Shown: positions 25,760 to 38,359 of the stretch, piece after piece
Layout of the letters: the number at the start of each line of letters is the position of its first letter
Numbering within the stretch: position 1 is the stretch's first letter
Source of the DNA: Isurus oxyrinchus
Lineage: Eukaryota
Direction: 5' to 3'
Assembly: GCA_026770705.1 (NCBI GenBank)
Contig: JANJGN010000013.1
Span: forward strand, 57,598,001 to 57,662,000
DNA length: 64,000 nt
Program-made: the position numbers and the translations under genes
The notes under the pieces: generated by a model
What the model was told of the DNA's origin: nothing
Databases searched by the model: none
The model's input: the letters and a program-made list of their open reading frames with translations, nothing else

Positions 25760-26049
25760 ATACAAATGGCCTGCTTCTGTGCTGTAACAATTCTGTGATT
25801 CTTTTTTTATTGTGAAATTGAACCGAATAACCACAGTGAGGTTGGCAACATTATCAAGACTGAAAGTGTGTTGTTCAAAAGGCCAGTGTTCCATCTCTTG
25901 TGGAAATAAACTAATTTAAAGGGTGTTTATGTTTTTCACATTAACATGTTGGTGCTGCTGGCGTTTGGTAATGAAAATGTGAAGAGGTTGAGATGCTCGT
26001 CTATTGGTGCTTGTTGTTCAGTATTTCCAATCCTCTTTAGCTACAAATG

Positions 26050-26636
26050 TGAATGTCAGGAGACTGGAGAACAGCTAATGTTGCACATTTTTAAAAAGAG
26101 CGAGAAAGGAATAGACTGAGTAATTGCAAGTCAGTCAGCCTAACATCAGTGGTGCGAAGATTTTTGCAAGGAAATCTGAAGGACAGGATAAATCTTCATT
26201 TGAGGAAGGCTAAAAAGGCAAGGGAATATCTATTATTGGTCGGATACTGAAAAATGTAAAGAAACAGAGGGACCTTGGCGTGCTTGTCCACAGGTTCCTG
26301 AAAGTAGCTGGATCGTTAGATTAGGTGGTAAAAAAGGGATGCAGAATTCTTGAAATAAAAAAGGGAAATGCTGAAAATAGTCGCAGGTCTGGCAGCATTT
26401 GTGGAAAGAGACGGAATGCATGTTTTAGGTTACTATCTGAATGATTGTTAGGGAAAGAAACCTTTATAACATTTAAAAAGTGCTTGGATATGCACCAGAA
26501 ATGCTGTAACCTACAGGGGTATGGACCAGGAGCTGGAAAGTGTCATTCGGTTGGATTAAGGTATGTTACAGCGTGGATGTCGGATCGGCCAAGCGACCGC
26601 CTTCTGTGCTCAAAATTTCTATGATTCTATGATTCC
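26050..26636 (+). mobile_element. Degenerate CR1 fragments with an embedded PLE-derived piece
   Basis: DWRTANVAHF-like peptide and a ttctatgattctatgattc tail. Confidence 0.6.
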
Positions 26637-26664
26637 ATTGCTGCTTAAATATTCCTGAGCACGA

Positions 26665-26935
26665 TGGGGATGGTAGCACACTGGTTATATTCCTGGACTA
26701 GGAATCCAGAAACACGAGTTCATGAAACACGGCAGGTGTAGAATTATATCTAATTAAAAATGAATTTGCAATAAAAGACTGATCTCAGTGATTGTTATCA
26801 TGAAGCCAGGTTATCGTAAAAATTCCAAACGGTTCACTCATGTTCTTCTTTACGCAAGGAAATGTGTTGTCCTTACCCAGTCTAGCTTGCATGTGATTTC
26901 AGGCCCACTGCAACGTGGTTGACTCTTAACTGAAA
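26665..26935 (+). mobile_element. tRNA-derived SINE
   Basis: A-box-like tagcacactgg and B-box-like gagttca; body similar to 1-100. Confidence 0.55.
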
Positions 26936-27032
26936 TAGCCTAGCACGCTACTCATTGTATCAAAGTGCTACAAAAAGCTGGATGGACCTCCCGGCACTGG
27001 ATATAACGAAGGCAAACCCAAACCATTCGACT

Positions 27033-30000
27033 CTGCAAAGTCTTCCTCACCAACATGCGGGCCGGGTTTCAAAATTGGGAGAGCTGTCCCACAAAGCAGC
27101 AACCTGACATTTTCATATTCACAGAACCACGCCATTCAGTCCAGACTGTTCCAGATTCCTCCGTCACCATCACAGTCACAGGGAGGAAGAGGTGATGGCA
27201 GAATCGTGTACATTCAGAATGGTGCGGCCCTGAGAGTCCTGAAATTGACTCTGTACCCCATTAGGTCCAATATGGGCAAGGAAATCTCCAGTTAAATGTC
27301 ACCTAACGAGCTCCCTCTCATAATGAATCATTACTCCTTCACTTGAAGCACCTCTTGGTAGAAACACTGAGTGCAGCAACGGCACAGAATGCACTTTGGG
27401 AAATTTCAATGTCAATCACCAAAAATTTTTCGGCAGCGCTACCCCTGACTGAGCTGGTGAAGTCCTGAAGGATATAGCTGCCACGGGCCCTATCACGTTA
27501 CCAATATGCCACCGCTTCCCTCTTTCTACTTGTCTCTGAGTCAAAGGATTAAATAATCCAATAGCTCTTGAATTACACGGAATGATGTAAATTCCGGTTC
27601 GTAATAAGCAATCTTTATCAACCCTTTAATGCTTGTTCTGCTCGTCAACTTGACTGATCGACAATAAAAACGGAAATACTCAACAGGCCAGGCAGCGTCT
27701 GTGAAGAGAGAACCAGAGTTAACATTTCATGTCACTATTATCACGTTGCTTCTGAATAATCCACAGTGCGATATTGTTTACACCTTCCAGACAATGCCAG
27801 CAAACCACCACCTTCTCAAGGACAATTAGGGATGGGCAATAAAAGCTGGCCTAGCCAGGGATTCCCATGTCCCACGAATGATTTTTTTTAAACCTTCAAG
27901 GTTTAATTAACGCAGTAACACTGTAGCGAAGTTTACAGCAAACGCTGCTTTCTGGGAGCTTAACATGCCGGGTAGCGATGTTAGGTTAACCAAAGACGCA
28001 GCTTTAAATTTAGACATTACACCTTGAGTTTCTTAATATTTTTATACACAAGGTTAATCCTGCCTCTATCTATTTCTAAGCGCTGACAATAGGATGGAAT
28101 TCAACGCATTAATTCTCCCTTTAAGAGTTTTTAGCTGTGTCGCTGTCAGGTCGCCTCCATGAATCGACACACGTCTCAATTGCGCCAGGAAAATATCTGC
28201 ATCATACTTGGCTTCCCTGTTACAATGGATGATGTGATTACCGTGGCTAAACACGGGATTCGGGCAAATCCGCTTCCAACAAGCCTTATGTATTTCAAGA
28301 ATCTTATTCAGCCTGCAAGTGCATTAGAAAACAGCCTTTCGGAATGAATTCCATATTCAGGTTTTGCCTCTTTGATTTTAAGTGGAACGCTTCAAGATGT
28401 GCCTACAGATATTCAGTTGGAGCACTGCCCGTGGCTTACAGCGTGTTCACACTGATCTGATCAAAACTTCAATTCATCGGCGTAAACCCCGCAGTTTAAC
28501 ACAATGATCTTCGGTGTGTGAATTCTTTTCTGTCCAATGCTTCCATACAAATAATTGACAACTTTTTAAATGTGACTAAATAGTGAGATTTTATTTTGTG
28601 ACATTTTGCATAATGTGTGTAAAGTCATTAAAGTGTAATCTAATCTAGTTATTAGATATGACTAATGCGTTCGATCGGTGAAATAGAGAAAATATATTTC
28701 TCATGATGAATCAAAATCAAGTTTAATATTGCAACTAGTTAAATTACGACTGATACACTCATTGTGTGACAATATGGAACATATTCCATTAGAGGGCATG
28801 GATGCTGGGTCAACTGAAGCTTTTAAGACTGAAGTGGATAGGTTTTATTAGGCGAGGTTTATCACGGAATATGGAACACAGGCCGGTAAATGGACTTGAG
28901 GCACAGGTCAGCTCTGATCGAATTGAATTGGTGGAACAGACTGGAGTGACTGAATCGTTTCACTCATGTTGCTATGCTTCTATTGGGAGAAATTTATTTA
29001 TCCAGACAGAGTTGAGAATGTGGAATTCACTTTCACATGGAATGGTTGAGACTCGTAGCCCTGATGCATTGAAGGGGAATCTTGTTGCTTAAGTGAGGAA
29101 GAATTGGGCAGGGAAATATGAAGGCAGGGCGGGAAGAAGGAATTACAGTGGACGGATGCTTGTGTGGAGTGGGAACATGGCATAGACCAGTTGGGCCGAA
29201 TGGTTTGCTTCTACGCCATGGATTCTACGGAGTGACCAGCTACTTAAATAAGACGACAGCATTTCACTGCATTTGTTCACACGAATTCATATTGACTTCA
29301 AATATCATGAAAACATGAATTTGTCTCAATCCCAATTACTGGTTTCACACAGTTATTCATCCCTATTTGACACAAACAAATAATGTCTGCATTGATTTTT
29401 TCATTAATCTATTTGTATTTTCCAAGTTTGGTAGGGCAACAAATAATTTTGTTTCGAATCACTGGAGTTGGACCCCCATTGAAAGAGATGTCCCAGCGGT
29501 GACGCTGTTTTTAAAGAAGTCAAAGAATTCGAGAGTGTTATGTTCAATCAGGGGGTACATGAATACATTTAAGTAATGGACAGCTACTAACGCACTCTGT
29601 TTTCTAGAGGAAGGTGGTTTGCAGATGAGCAATCATTGACACTGAAGTCAAACGGTACATCTCGTATAAAATACAAAACGGTAACATGCTGCAGTTTGAA
29701 CATCGAAGAGGTTAATGAAACTGCTCAGCATGTCCCTTAACTGACTCATAGCTGAGCTTCAGGAAACCGCTTATTAGTGTATCCACAGAGAGCGCCCGCC
29801 ACCCCCCCCACCCCCCCCCCCCCCCACCCCACCCCCGACCTCCCCGCACATCCCCCACCGCCCCTCCACCTGCCCTTAATGCCACACAAGTAAACGCGAT
29901 CTGCACGGTCTGAAACAATGTTTAGATTAACGGGAATATAAATACTAAACTGAATAACCAGCTCAAGATACAAATGGATCAAACCCCGGCAAACGCATTA

Positions 30001-32924
30001 TCTCACTTGCATGAATGTTTGTTTCCATGGATGGATTTTCTCAGTTATTTACATGTTGTTCAGTGTCGATAGAATCGAGTCATACCACGGGGTAATATGT
30101 CATTGTGGGATTTAGTGCAGTCGGTATGATTAAGTCCTCCTATAATTGTGAGAGCGAATAGTGACTCTCACCCTGCCGAAATGAACTATGATGAATACTG
30201 CTTAATTGAGAATGACCAGTATTTTAATTTGTTCTGGAGTGTGCGTTTACTACCTCAGAGTTTAGTTTCGTGTTGATATTAGGTGTCAATTTGTTGGCGC
30301 ACAGGTCACCAATTCATTTAATCACAACTAGCAGGGATCGCAAAATATTTGCAATGAAATTCGTATTTTTATTGCAGCAGAATGTCCTTAAATTCCAATT
30401 CCATGCCATTCCCTCATGACATACCTGTTTCATTCCTTTCATCCCTCTCATATCAGCCTCATCCCTTCTTCCTGTGTGGCATTCCCATCCCCCCACCACC
30501 CCCACCCCCCCGCCCCCATCAGTTCTTTCCATGCCATCCTATCCCCACCCCCATTCAGCCTCCTCCAGGTTGCCCCGGGCCGCCTCCCATGCCGAACCGC
30601 TCCCTCCCCCCATCCCCCACTTCTGCCCCTCCCATGCTGTCCCCACACCCATACTGTCTCCTCCTACCCTCCTGCCCTGAACCCTCCAATTCGGGGGCCA
30701 GTGAGCGAGGCACGTGCGCCCGACCAATCAGACAGAAATTGAATATTGTCGTCCTAGATTTGTCAAGTGATTGCAAATGCACTGTGAAGATTTTCCCCTT
30801 TGCTGTGGCCGGTGAACTCGTAAACTTTCTAAAAGAACGTTTCCTTCGTGCCCATGTTCAGGAGACGAATAAAAGCAAATCTGCACAAACATTTCGGGAA
30901 TCATGTTTCACGAAAAACTCACAACCTATTGTGCCCTTTTCCAAATGCATCATTAAACAAACCACAACACTTGTGTTCTGATATTGCAGGTGAGACTTCG
31001 ATATTAACTCTGAACTGCCTGATGCAAAAAGTCATGATGACCAACATTGGGAAAACCTCAGTGTTGCTACATCAGAACACGAACACCAGTCAAGACCGCC
31101 TTTGACACTATCGCATTAACTCCTCCTCACCTCAATCTTTCCAATAAAGGCACACTTCATTAACCCGTTACAATCCCAACAATACAACACTACATCACCC
31201 CTTTGTCACTACATGGAGGTACCAGTCATCACCATTGTGGTGTACAGTTCAGAACCAAATAACGGAATCGTTTCAGGTATGACTCTAACCTCCATCAGTA
31301 ACAAAGTGCAATGCCAAGATACAATCAGCTTTACTATCATGAAACCCAGAGCGCATCCAAGCAATCTTCTTATTTCTTAACACGCTCCTTCCCTGGACTG
31401 CCTTTCCGAGGTGCAAACAGGGTCTTGGAAGGATTTTTGAGTTACCACGTAAGTTAGGGAAGCGGATAACCATAAGGTAAGGTTCTGAGTTAGAATTTCC
31501 TTTAACCTGAGTGTGTTTTGAAATGTTAGTTGACCGAGTGTTGCGTTAGGATGATGAAGAGTGTGCTAATACCCGGTGTCTGATGTATTACCTAGCTTTC
31601 CCTTGTCATATTGGTGAGCTTCTTCTGGCACTCCTCGACAGTCCTGAGAGTGAGAGCGTAGGCACCCAGCGCCAATGCCATTTCCCTCCCCCGGCAAGCT
31701 GGCAAGGATGGATATTCTTGATAGGTTTATTGACGATGACATCCACGAGCCTCTGCCTCCTTAACTCATGTTTCCTGAGGTGGGCTTGACGGTCTCAGTC
31801 AGAAATTCCTTGTTATTTTCCAGTTTTAAAAAAAATCTCTGACGGAATGTCAATGCCGCTGGCAATGCCAGCATTTATTGTTCTTCACGAATTTCCCGTG
31901 AGACAGTGGTGGTGAGGAAACTTATGAACACGTCTCTGTGGTGCTATACACACACAGTGCTGTTAAGTGTGGAGTTCCCTGATATTGACTCAGCAGGATG
32001 GCACGTGAGTTGGAGGGGAACTTTCAGGTGGAGTTTTTTCCATACATTTGCTGCCTCGCCCTCCTATGTGTAGAGTTCACGGGTTAGGAAGGTACCTTCA
32101 AAGGTGGCTTGACGAGTTGCTGCAGTGCATCTTGCAGCCACAATGTGCCAGTGAAGGAGGGACAGAATGCTTAAGGTGATGGATGGAGTGTTGATCAAAC
32201 GACTGGCGTTGAGCTGATTGAGTGTTGTTGAAGAATGGAAAGTATTATGTTATAGTCCACACTTGTGCCTCGTAAATGATGGAAAGGCATTGGGTACTAG
32301 TGAGTGAGTTGCTCGCCTCAGAATACCCAGCCTCGGACCTGCTCTTGCGGCCACAGTTTCTACCTGACTTTTCCAGTTACATTTATGTTCAATGGCGATC
32401 GGGCCAGGAATACGATGGCAATCCAAATGAAAATGAAGAGGAGGTGATTAGACAGTCTCTTGTTGAAGATGGTCATTGGCCTAGCTTTTATACAGCACTC
32501 ATGTTACTTGCTACTAATCAGGCCACCACTGAATGTCCAGGTTTTGCTGAATGCGGACACAGGCTAGTTCATTGTCTGAAGGGTTGCAAAAGGAACTGAA
32601 AACTGTGAAATCACCTGTGAAATCGCCAACCCTGAACCTTTGATGAAGGGAGCGTCATTGATGAAGCAACTGATGATAGTTGGAGCGAGGCCACTGCCCA
32701 GGGGAACGCTGGCAGTGACGTCCTAGAGATGAGACAATTAGCTTCCAATAATCACAACCATTTTCCTTTTCGTTAGGCATGATTCCAGTAATTGGACAGC
32801 TTTCCCCTGACATCATTTGACTTCAGTTTCACTATCGCTCCTTGATGCTGCACTCGATCAAAACACCGATTCGGTTTCAAGGACATCCACTCTCACCTCG
32901 ACACCGCAATTCAGTTATTTTGTT
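27033..32924 (+). repeat. Segmental duplication, copy A
   Basis: Collinear with 49660-54876 from ctgcaaagtcttcctc to ttcagttattttgtt. About 24 mismatches in a hand-aligned 190-nt sample (~87% identity). Confidence 0.93.
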
Positions 32925-34437
32925 CAAAACAAAAACAAAAAAAATACCTGGAAAAACTCAGCAGGTCTGGCAGCATCGGCGGAGAAGAGCAAAGTTGATG
33001 TTTCGAGTCTTCATGACCCTTCAACAGAACTAAGTAGAGATAGGAAAGGGTTAAATATAAGCTGGTTTAAGAGGGGAGCGGGGAGGAAGAAGGGGGGTGG
33101 TTGTTGGGACAAGCAAGCAGTGATAGGAGGAGATAACCAAAAGATGTCACAGACAAAAGAACAAAGAGGTGTTGAAGGTGGTGATATTATCTAAAAGAAT
33201 ATGCTAATTAAGAGTGGAGAGCAGGGCAAGAAAGGTAGCTCTAGTGGGAGTGGCGTGAAATAAACCATGGGTGGAATACATTTAAAAATAATAGAAATAG
33301 GTGGGAAAAGAAAAATCCACATAAATTATTGGAAAAAACAAAAGGGAGGGGGAAGAAAGAGAAAGGGGGTGGGGATGGAGGAGGGAGTTCAAGATCTAAA
33401 GTTGTGGAACTCAATATTCAGTCCGGAAGGCTGTAAAGTGCCTAGTCAGAAGATGAGGTGCTGTTCCTCCAGTTTGTGTTGAGTTTCACTGGAACAATGC
33501 AGCAAGCCAAAGACAGACATGTGGGCAAGATAGCAGGGTGGACTGTTGAAATGGCAAACGACAGGGAGGTCTGAGTGATGCTTGCAGACAGACCAAAGGT
33601 GTTCTGCAAAGCGGTCACCCAGTCTGCATTTGGTTTCTCCAATGTAGAGGAAACCGCATTGGGAGCAACGAATGCAATAGACTAAGTTGGGGGAAATGCA
33701 AGTAAAATGCTGCTTCACTTGAAAAGAGTGTTTGGGCCCTTGGACAGTGAGGAGAGAGGAAGTGAAGGGGCAGGTGTTGCATATTTAGCGTTTGCATGGG
33801 GAGGTACCGTAGGTGGGGGTTGAGGAGTAGGGGTGATGGAGGAGTGAACCAGGGTGTCACGGAGGGAACGATCCCTACAGAATGCCGCGGGGTGGAGGGG
33901 GGGGGGGGGGTGGTTGGGGGGGGGGGGGGGGTGAAGGGAAGATGCGTTTGGTGGTGGCATCATGCTGGAGTTGGCGGAAATGGCGGAGGCTGATCCTTTG
34001 AATGCGGAGGCTGGTGGGGTGATAAGTGAGGACAAGGGGGACCCTATCATGTTTCTGGGAGGGACGAGAAGGCATGAGGGCGGATGCGTGGGAGATGGGC
34101 CGGACATGGTTCAGGGCCCTGTCCTCTACAGTGGGTGGAAAACCTTGGTTAAGGAAGAAGGAGGACATGTCAGAGGAACTGTTATTGAAGGTAGCATCAT
34201 CAGAACAGATGCAACGGAGGTGAAAGAACTGAGACAATGGGATGGAATCCTTACAGGAAGCGGGGTGTGAGGAGCTGTAGTCGAGGTAGCTGTGGGAGTC
34301 GGTAGGCTTGTAATGGATATTAGTAGACAGTCTATCATCAGAAATTGAGACAGAGAGGTCAAGGAAGGGAAGGGAAGTGTCAGAGATGGACCATTTGAAA
34401 ATGATGGAGGGGTGGAGATTATTTATTAATTTTGCTT
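32925..34437 (-). mobile_element. Penelope-like element (RT C-terminus + GIY-YIG), 5'-truncated, frameshifted
   Basis: STNIHYKPTDSHSYLDYSSSHP and NLVYCIRCSQCGFLYIGETKCRLGDRFAEH. Hammerhead motif at 32993-33031. 17-nt 5' inversion at 34421-34437. No TSD seen. Confidence 0.93.
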
Positions 34438-34756
34438 GCACATTGCAAGACATTGATTCCGACTTTTATGTCAATTAAGAGTGAATCTTCTTTGGCTTAG
34501 CCACTTTTCAGATCCACGGGTCTGCTCCGTCTCCCTCCTTCCGCCTTCATAGGATCAAATCACAGCGAAGGACACGGCGACCCTGGTGAATTTGGTGAAC
34601 TGTTTTAGCCCTGGAGCTGTGGAGATTGAATGGACTGTGGATGGCAGTGTCAGAGGCAATAGAGTCGGATCCAGCAGGAGACGGACAACACGTTCAGTGT
34701 GAGCAGTTATCTGACTCTGTCAGCCTCAGACTGGAACTCATACGAGCTTTATTCCT

Positions 34757-37194
34757 ATAGATAAAAACAAAAACAAAAAAACTGCGGATGCTGGAAATCC
34801 AAAACAAAAACAGAATTACCTGGAAAAACTCAGCAGGTCTGGCAGCATCGGCGGAGAAGAAAAGAGTTGACGTTTCGAGTCCTCGTGACCCTTCGACAGA
34901 ACTTGATTTCGAGTCCAAGAAAGAGTTGAAATATAAGCTGGTTTAAGGTGTGTGTCTGGGGGGCGGAGAGATAGAGAGAGAGAGAGGTGGGGGGTGTGGT
35001 TGTGTGGACAAACAAGCAGTGATAGAAGCAGATCATCAAAAGATGTCAGTGACAATGGTACAATAGAACACATAGGTGTTAAAGTTAAAGTTGGTGATAT
35101 TATCTAAACGAATGTGCTAATTAAGAATGGATGGTAGGGCACTCAAGGTACAGCTCTAGTGGGGGTGGAGGGAGTATAAAAGATTTTAAAATATTTAAAA
35201 ATAATGGAAATAGGTGGGAAAAGAAAAATCTTTATAATTTATTGGGAAAAAAAGGGGGGAAAACAGAAAGGGGGTGGGGATGGGGGAGGGAGCTCACGAC
35301 CTAAAGTTGTTGAATTCAATATTCAGTCCGGAAGGCTGTAAGGTGCCTAGTCGGAAGATGAGGTGTTGTTCTTCCAGTTTGAGTTGGGCTTCATTGGAAC
35401 AATGCAGCAAGCCAAGGACAGACATATGGGCAAGAGAGCAGGGTGGAGTGTTAAAATGGCAAGCGACAGGGAGGTTTGGGTCATTCTTGCGGACAGACCG
35501 CAGGTGTTCTGCAAAGCGGTCGCCCAGTTTACGTTTGGTCTTTCCAATGTAGAGGAGACCACATTGGGAGCAACGAATGCAGTAGACTAAGTTGGGGGAA
35601 ATGCAAGTGAAATGCTGCTTCACTTGAAAGGAGTGTTTGAGCCCTTGGACGGTGAGGAGAGAGGAAGTGAAAGGGCAGGTGTTACATCTTTTGCGTGGGC
35701 ATGGGGTGGTGCCATAGGAGGGGGTTGAGGAGTAGGGGGTGATGGAGGAGTGGACCAGGGTGTCCCGGAGGGAGCGATGCCTATGGAATGCCGATAAGGG
35801 GGGTGAAGGGAAGATGTGTTTGGTGGTGGCATCATGCTGGAGTTGGCGGAAATGGCGGAGGATGATCCTTTGAATGCGGAGGCTGGTGGGGTGATAAGTG
35901 AGGACAAGGGGGACCCTATCATGTTTCTGGGAGGGAGGAGAAGGTGTGAGGGCGGATGCACGGGAGATGGGCTGGACACGGTTGAGGGCCCTGTCAACGA
36001 CCGTGGGTGGAAAACCTCGGTTAAGGAAGAAGGAGGACATGTCAGAGGAACCGTTTTTGAAGGTAGCATCATCAGAACAGATGCGACGAAGGCGAAGGAA
36101 CTGGGAGAATGGGATGGAGTCCTTACAGGAAGCGGGGTGTGAGGAGCTGTAGTCGAGGTAGCTGTGGGAGTCGGTGGGTTTGTAATGGATATTGGTGGAC
36201 AGTCTATCACCAGAGATTGAGACAGAGAGGTCAAGGAAGGGAAGGGAAGTGTCAGAGATGGACCATGTGAAAATGATGGAGGGGTGGAGATTGGAAGCAA
36301 AATTAATAAATTTTTCCGAGTCCCGACGAGAGCATGAAGCGGCACCGAAGTAATCACCAATGTACCGGAGAAAAAGTTGTGGAAGGGGGCCAGAGTAGGA
36401 CTGCAACAAGGAATGTTCCACATAAAGAGACAGGCATAGCTGGGGCCCATGCGGGTACCCATAGCCACACCTTTTATTTGGAGGAAGTGAGAGGAGTTGA
36501 AGGAGAAATTGTTCAACGTGAGAACAAGTTCAGCCAGACGGAGGAGAGTAGTGGTGGATGGGGATTGTTCGGGCCTCTGTTCGAGGAAGAAGCTAAGGGC
36601 CCTCAGACCATCCTGGTGGGGGATGGAGGTGTAGAGGGATTGGACGTCCATGGTGAAGAGGAAGCGTTTGGGGCCAGGGAACTGGAAATTGTTGATGTGA
36701 CGTAAGGTGTCAGAGGAATCACGGATGTAGGTGGGAAGGGACTGGACAAGGGGAGAGAGAAGGGAGTCAAGATAACGAGAAATGAGTTCTGTGGGGCAGG
36801 AGCAAGCTGAGACGATCGGTCTACCGGGGCAGTTCTGTTTGTGGATTTTGGGTAGGAGATAGAAGCGGGCCGTCCGAGGTTGGGCGACTATCAGGTTGGA
36901 AGCTGTGGGAGGGAGATCCCCAGCGGAGATGAGGTCAGTGACAGTCCTGGAAACAATGGCTTGATGTTCAGTGGTGGGGTCATGGTCCAGGGAGAGGTAG
37001 GAGGAAGTGTCTGCGAGTTGACGCTCAGCCTCCGCGAGGTAGAGGTCAGTGCGCCAGACAACAACAGCACCACCCTTGTCAGCGGGTTTGATGACAATGT
37101 CAGGGTTGGATTTGAGAGAATGGAGTGCAGTAAGTTCAGAGAGAGACAGGTTAGAATGGGTGAGAGGAGCAGAGAAATTGAGACGACTAATGTC
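34757..37194 (-). mobile_element. Penelope-like element (RT + GIY-YIG endonuclease), 5'-truncated
   Basis: MDVQSLYTSIP..QIKGVAMGTRMGPSYACLFM, frameshift, FLRYIGDYF..FLDL..VYCIRCSQCGLLYIGKT..LEEQHLI..PSGLN. 11-bp TSD gctttattcct (34746-34756 and 37195-37205). Confidence 0.96.
34865..34903 (-). ncRNA. Minimal hammerhead ribozyme motif in the PLE 3' terminal repeat
   Basis: AGUU-CUGUCGA-A-GGGUC-ACGAG-GACUC-GAAA-CGUC^AACU. Core position 6 is U instead of A. Confidence 0.7.
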
Positions 37195-37989
37195 GCTTTA
37201 TTCCTGTCTGGTTAAACACGAAACTCAGGCAAACCGGTTCCGATCAAGCAATTCAAGGTCAGCTGTGTGTGATTCAAACATGTTTTGCGCTGATTTGTGC
37301 CAGTAGTGTAGTTTGTTTAAAAATAACACGTGCTGTAAAGTGGAACATTTAAAATCAGAACAAGTTGCAGTTTGTTGGCTCGGTCTCGCTGTCTGTATTT
37401 TACAATGTGTTCGCTCTGAACTGATCAAAGTTTCAGTGTAATGTTGCAAATACTCGCAGTGTAATAAAGTGACTTCCGTTATCTCAGGTGTTATTGTTAT
37501 TTTCTGTCTGCTCCCCTTGAAACAATTCATAGCAAATTTCTAATCGTGACAAATCGTGAAGTTTTTTTTACCGCATTCTGCACATTTATGTAAAGGCAGT
37601 GACATCAGTGGGAATAATGAAATGATGCACCCGTAGGCATGAAAGAGATCTTGCATCATACTTTTAAAGAGAGACCAGGCTGAATTTTGTCCATGAGGGG
37701 AGAGAGCTAATCACTATGTCCGTGCTTATGACAAGAATTCACAGCACTTAATGTAAGTGCTTCTGAAACACCAGTTTACAGAATTTCAGGGCAAGTTCGT
37801 GACCGCCTTTCTTTTGGATACCGGAGCCAAACGCCGTGCATTTTCTGCTACTGCATTTGTTATTTCAAAATTGTCAGATAACTTTAATTGTTTAGCAAAG
37901 TATATTTTGGTGCAGTTTCCATTAGTCGCAATCAGATAGCCGCAACTTTAAATTGTGTGAAGCCTTTGACCGAAAACAGCCCAGATCAG

Positions 37990-38232
37990 ATAAAAGCAAA
38001 ATACTGCGGAGGCTGAAGATCTGAAATGAAATCAGAAAGTGCTGGAAAAGCTTAGCAGCTCCGGTATCAGACGTGGAGAGAGAAACAGGGTTAACCTTTC
38101 GAGTCCAATATGATTCTTCTTCCAATATGACCCTCGGAAATAGAGTCATACGGACTCGAAACGTTAACTCTTGTCTTTCCACAGATGCTGCCGGACCTGT
38201 CGAGTTTTACCAGTACTTTCTGTTTATATTTC
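37990..38232. mobile_element. Penelope-derived inverted mini-element, degenerate
   Basis: Facing copies of gagtcatacggactcgaaacgttaact..cagatgctg. Confidence 0.7.
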
Positions 38233-38359
38233 AGCTGAGACAAGATTCACTTTTTAAAAATTCAGCGTCACACTAATCGCAAACTCGGAACAGTATCCCT
38301 TCAGTATTCAGACTGATTTAGGACTACAAAAATAAATAAGGTCATAAGGAATGCAAACT

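Larger units (their letters stand above)
34512..37272 (+). pseudogene. IGLC: Ig lambda (type II) C-exon pseudogene, split into 34512-34756 and 37206-37272 by a PLE
   Basis: ttttcag|AT; PRVCSVSLLPPS*DQITAKDTATLVNLVNCFSPGAVEIEWTVDGSVRGNRV / RIQQETDNTFSVSSYLTLSASDWNSYELYS // CLVKHETQANRFRSSNSRS / SCV*. TAG at 34550-34552, first Cys lost, two frameshifts. AATAAA at 37463-37468. Confidence 0.95.

Noticed and set aside
30382-30981. 199-aa proline-rich ORF
   Set aside because: Arises from C-rich low-complexity DNA and is not preserved in duplicate copy B.
32276-32599. 107-aa ORF repeated at 54252-54575
   Set aside because: Explained by the segmental duplication of a decayed antisense LINE fragment. 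No recognisable domain.
35620-36651. 343-aa ORF as a separate gene
   Set aside because: Its first ~77 aa are PLE RT upstream of a frameshift; the rest is an off-frame reading of the same element.
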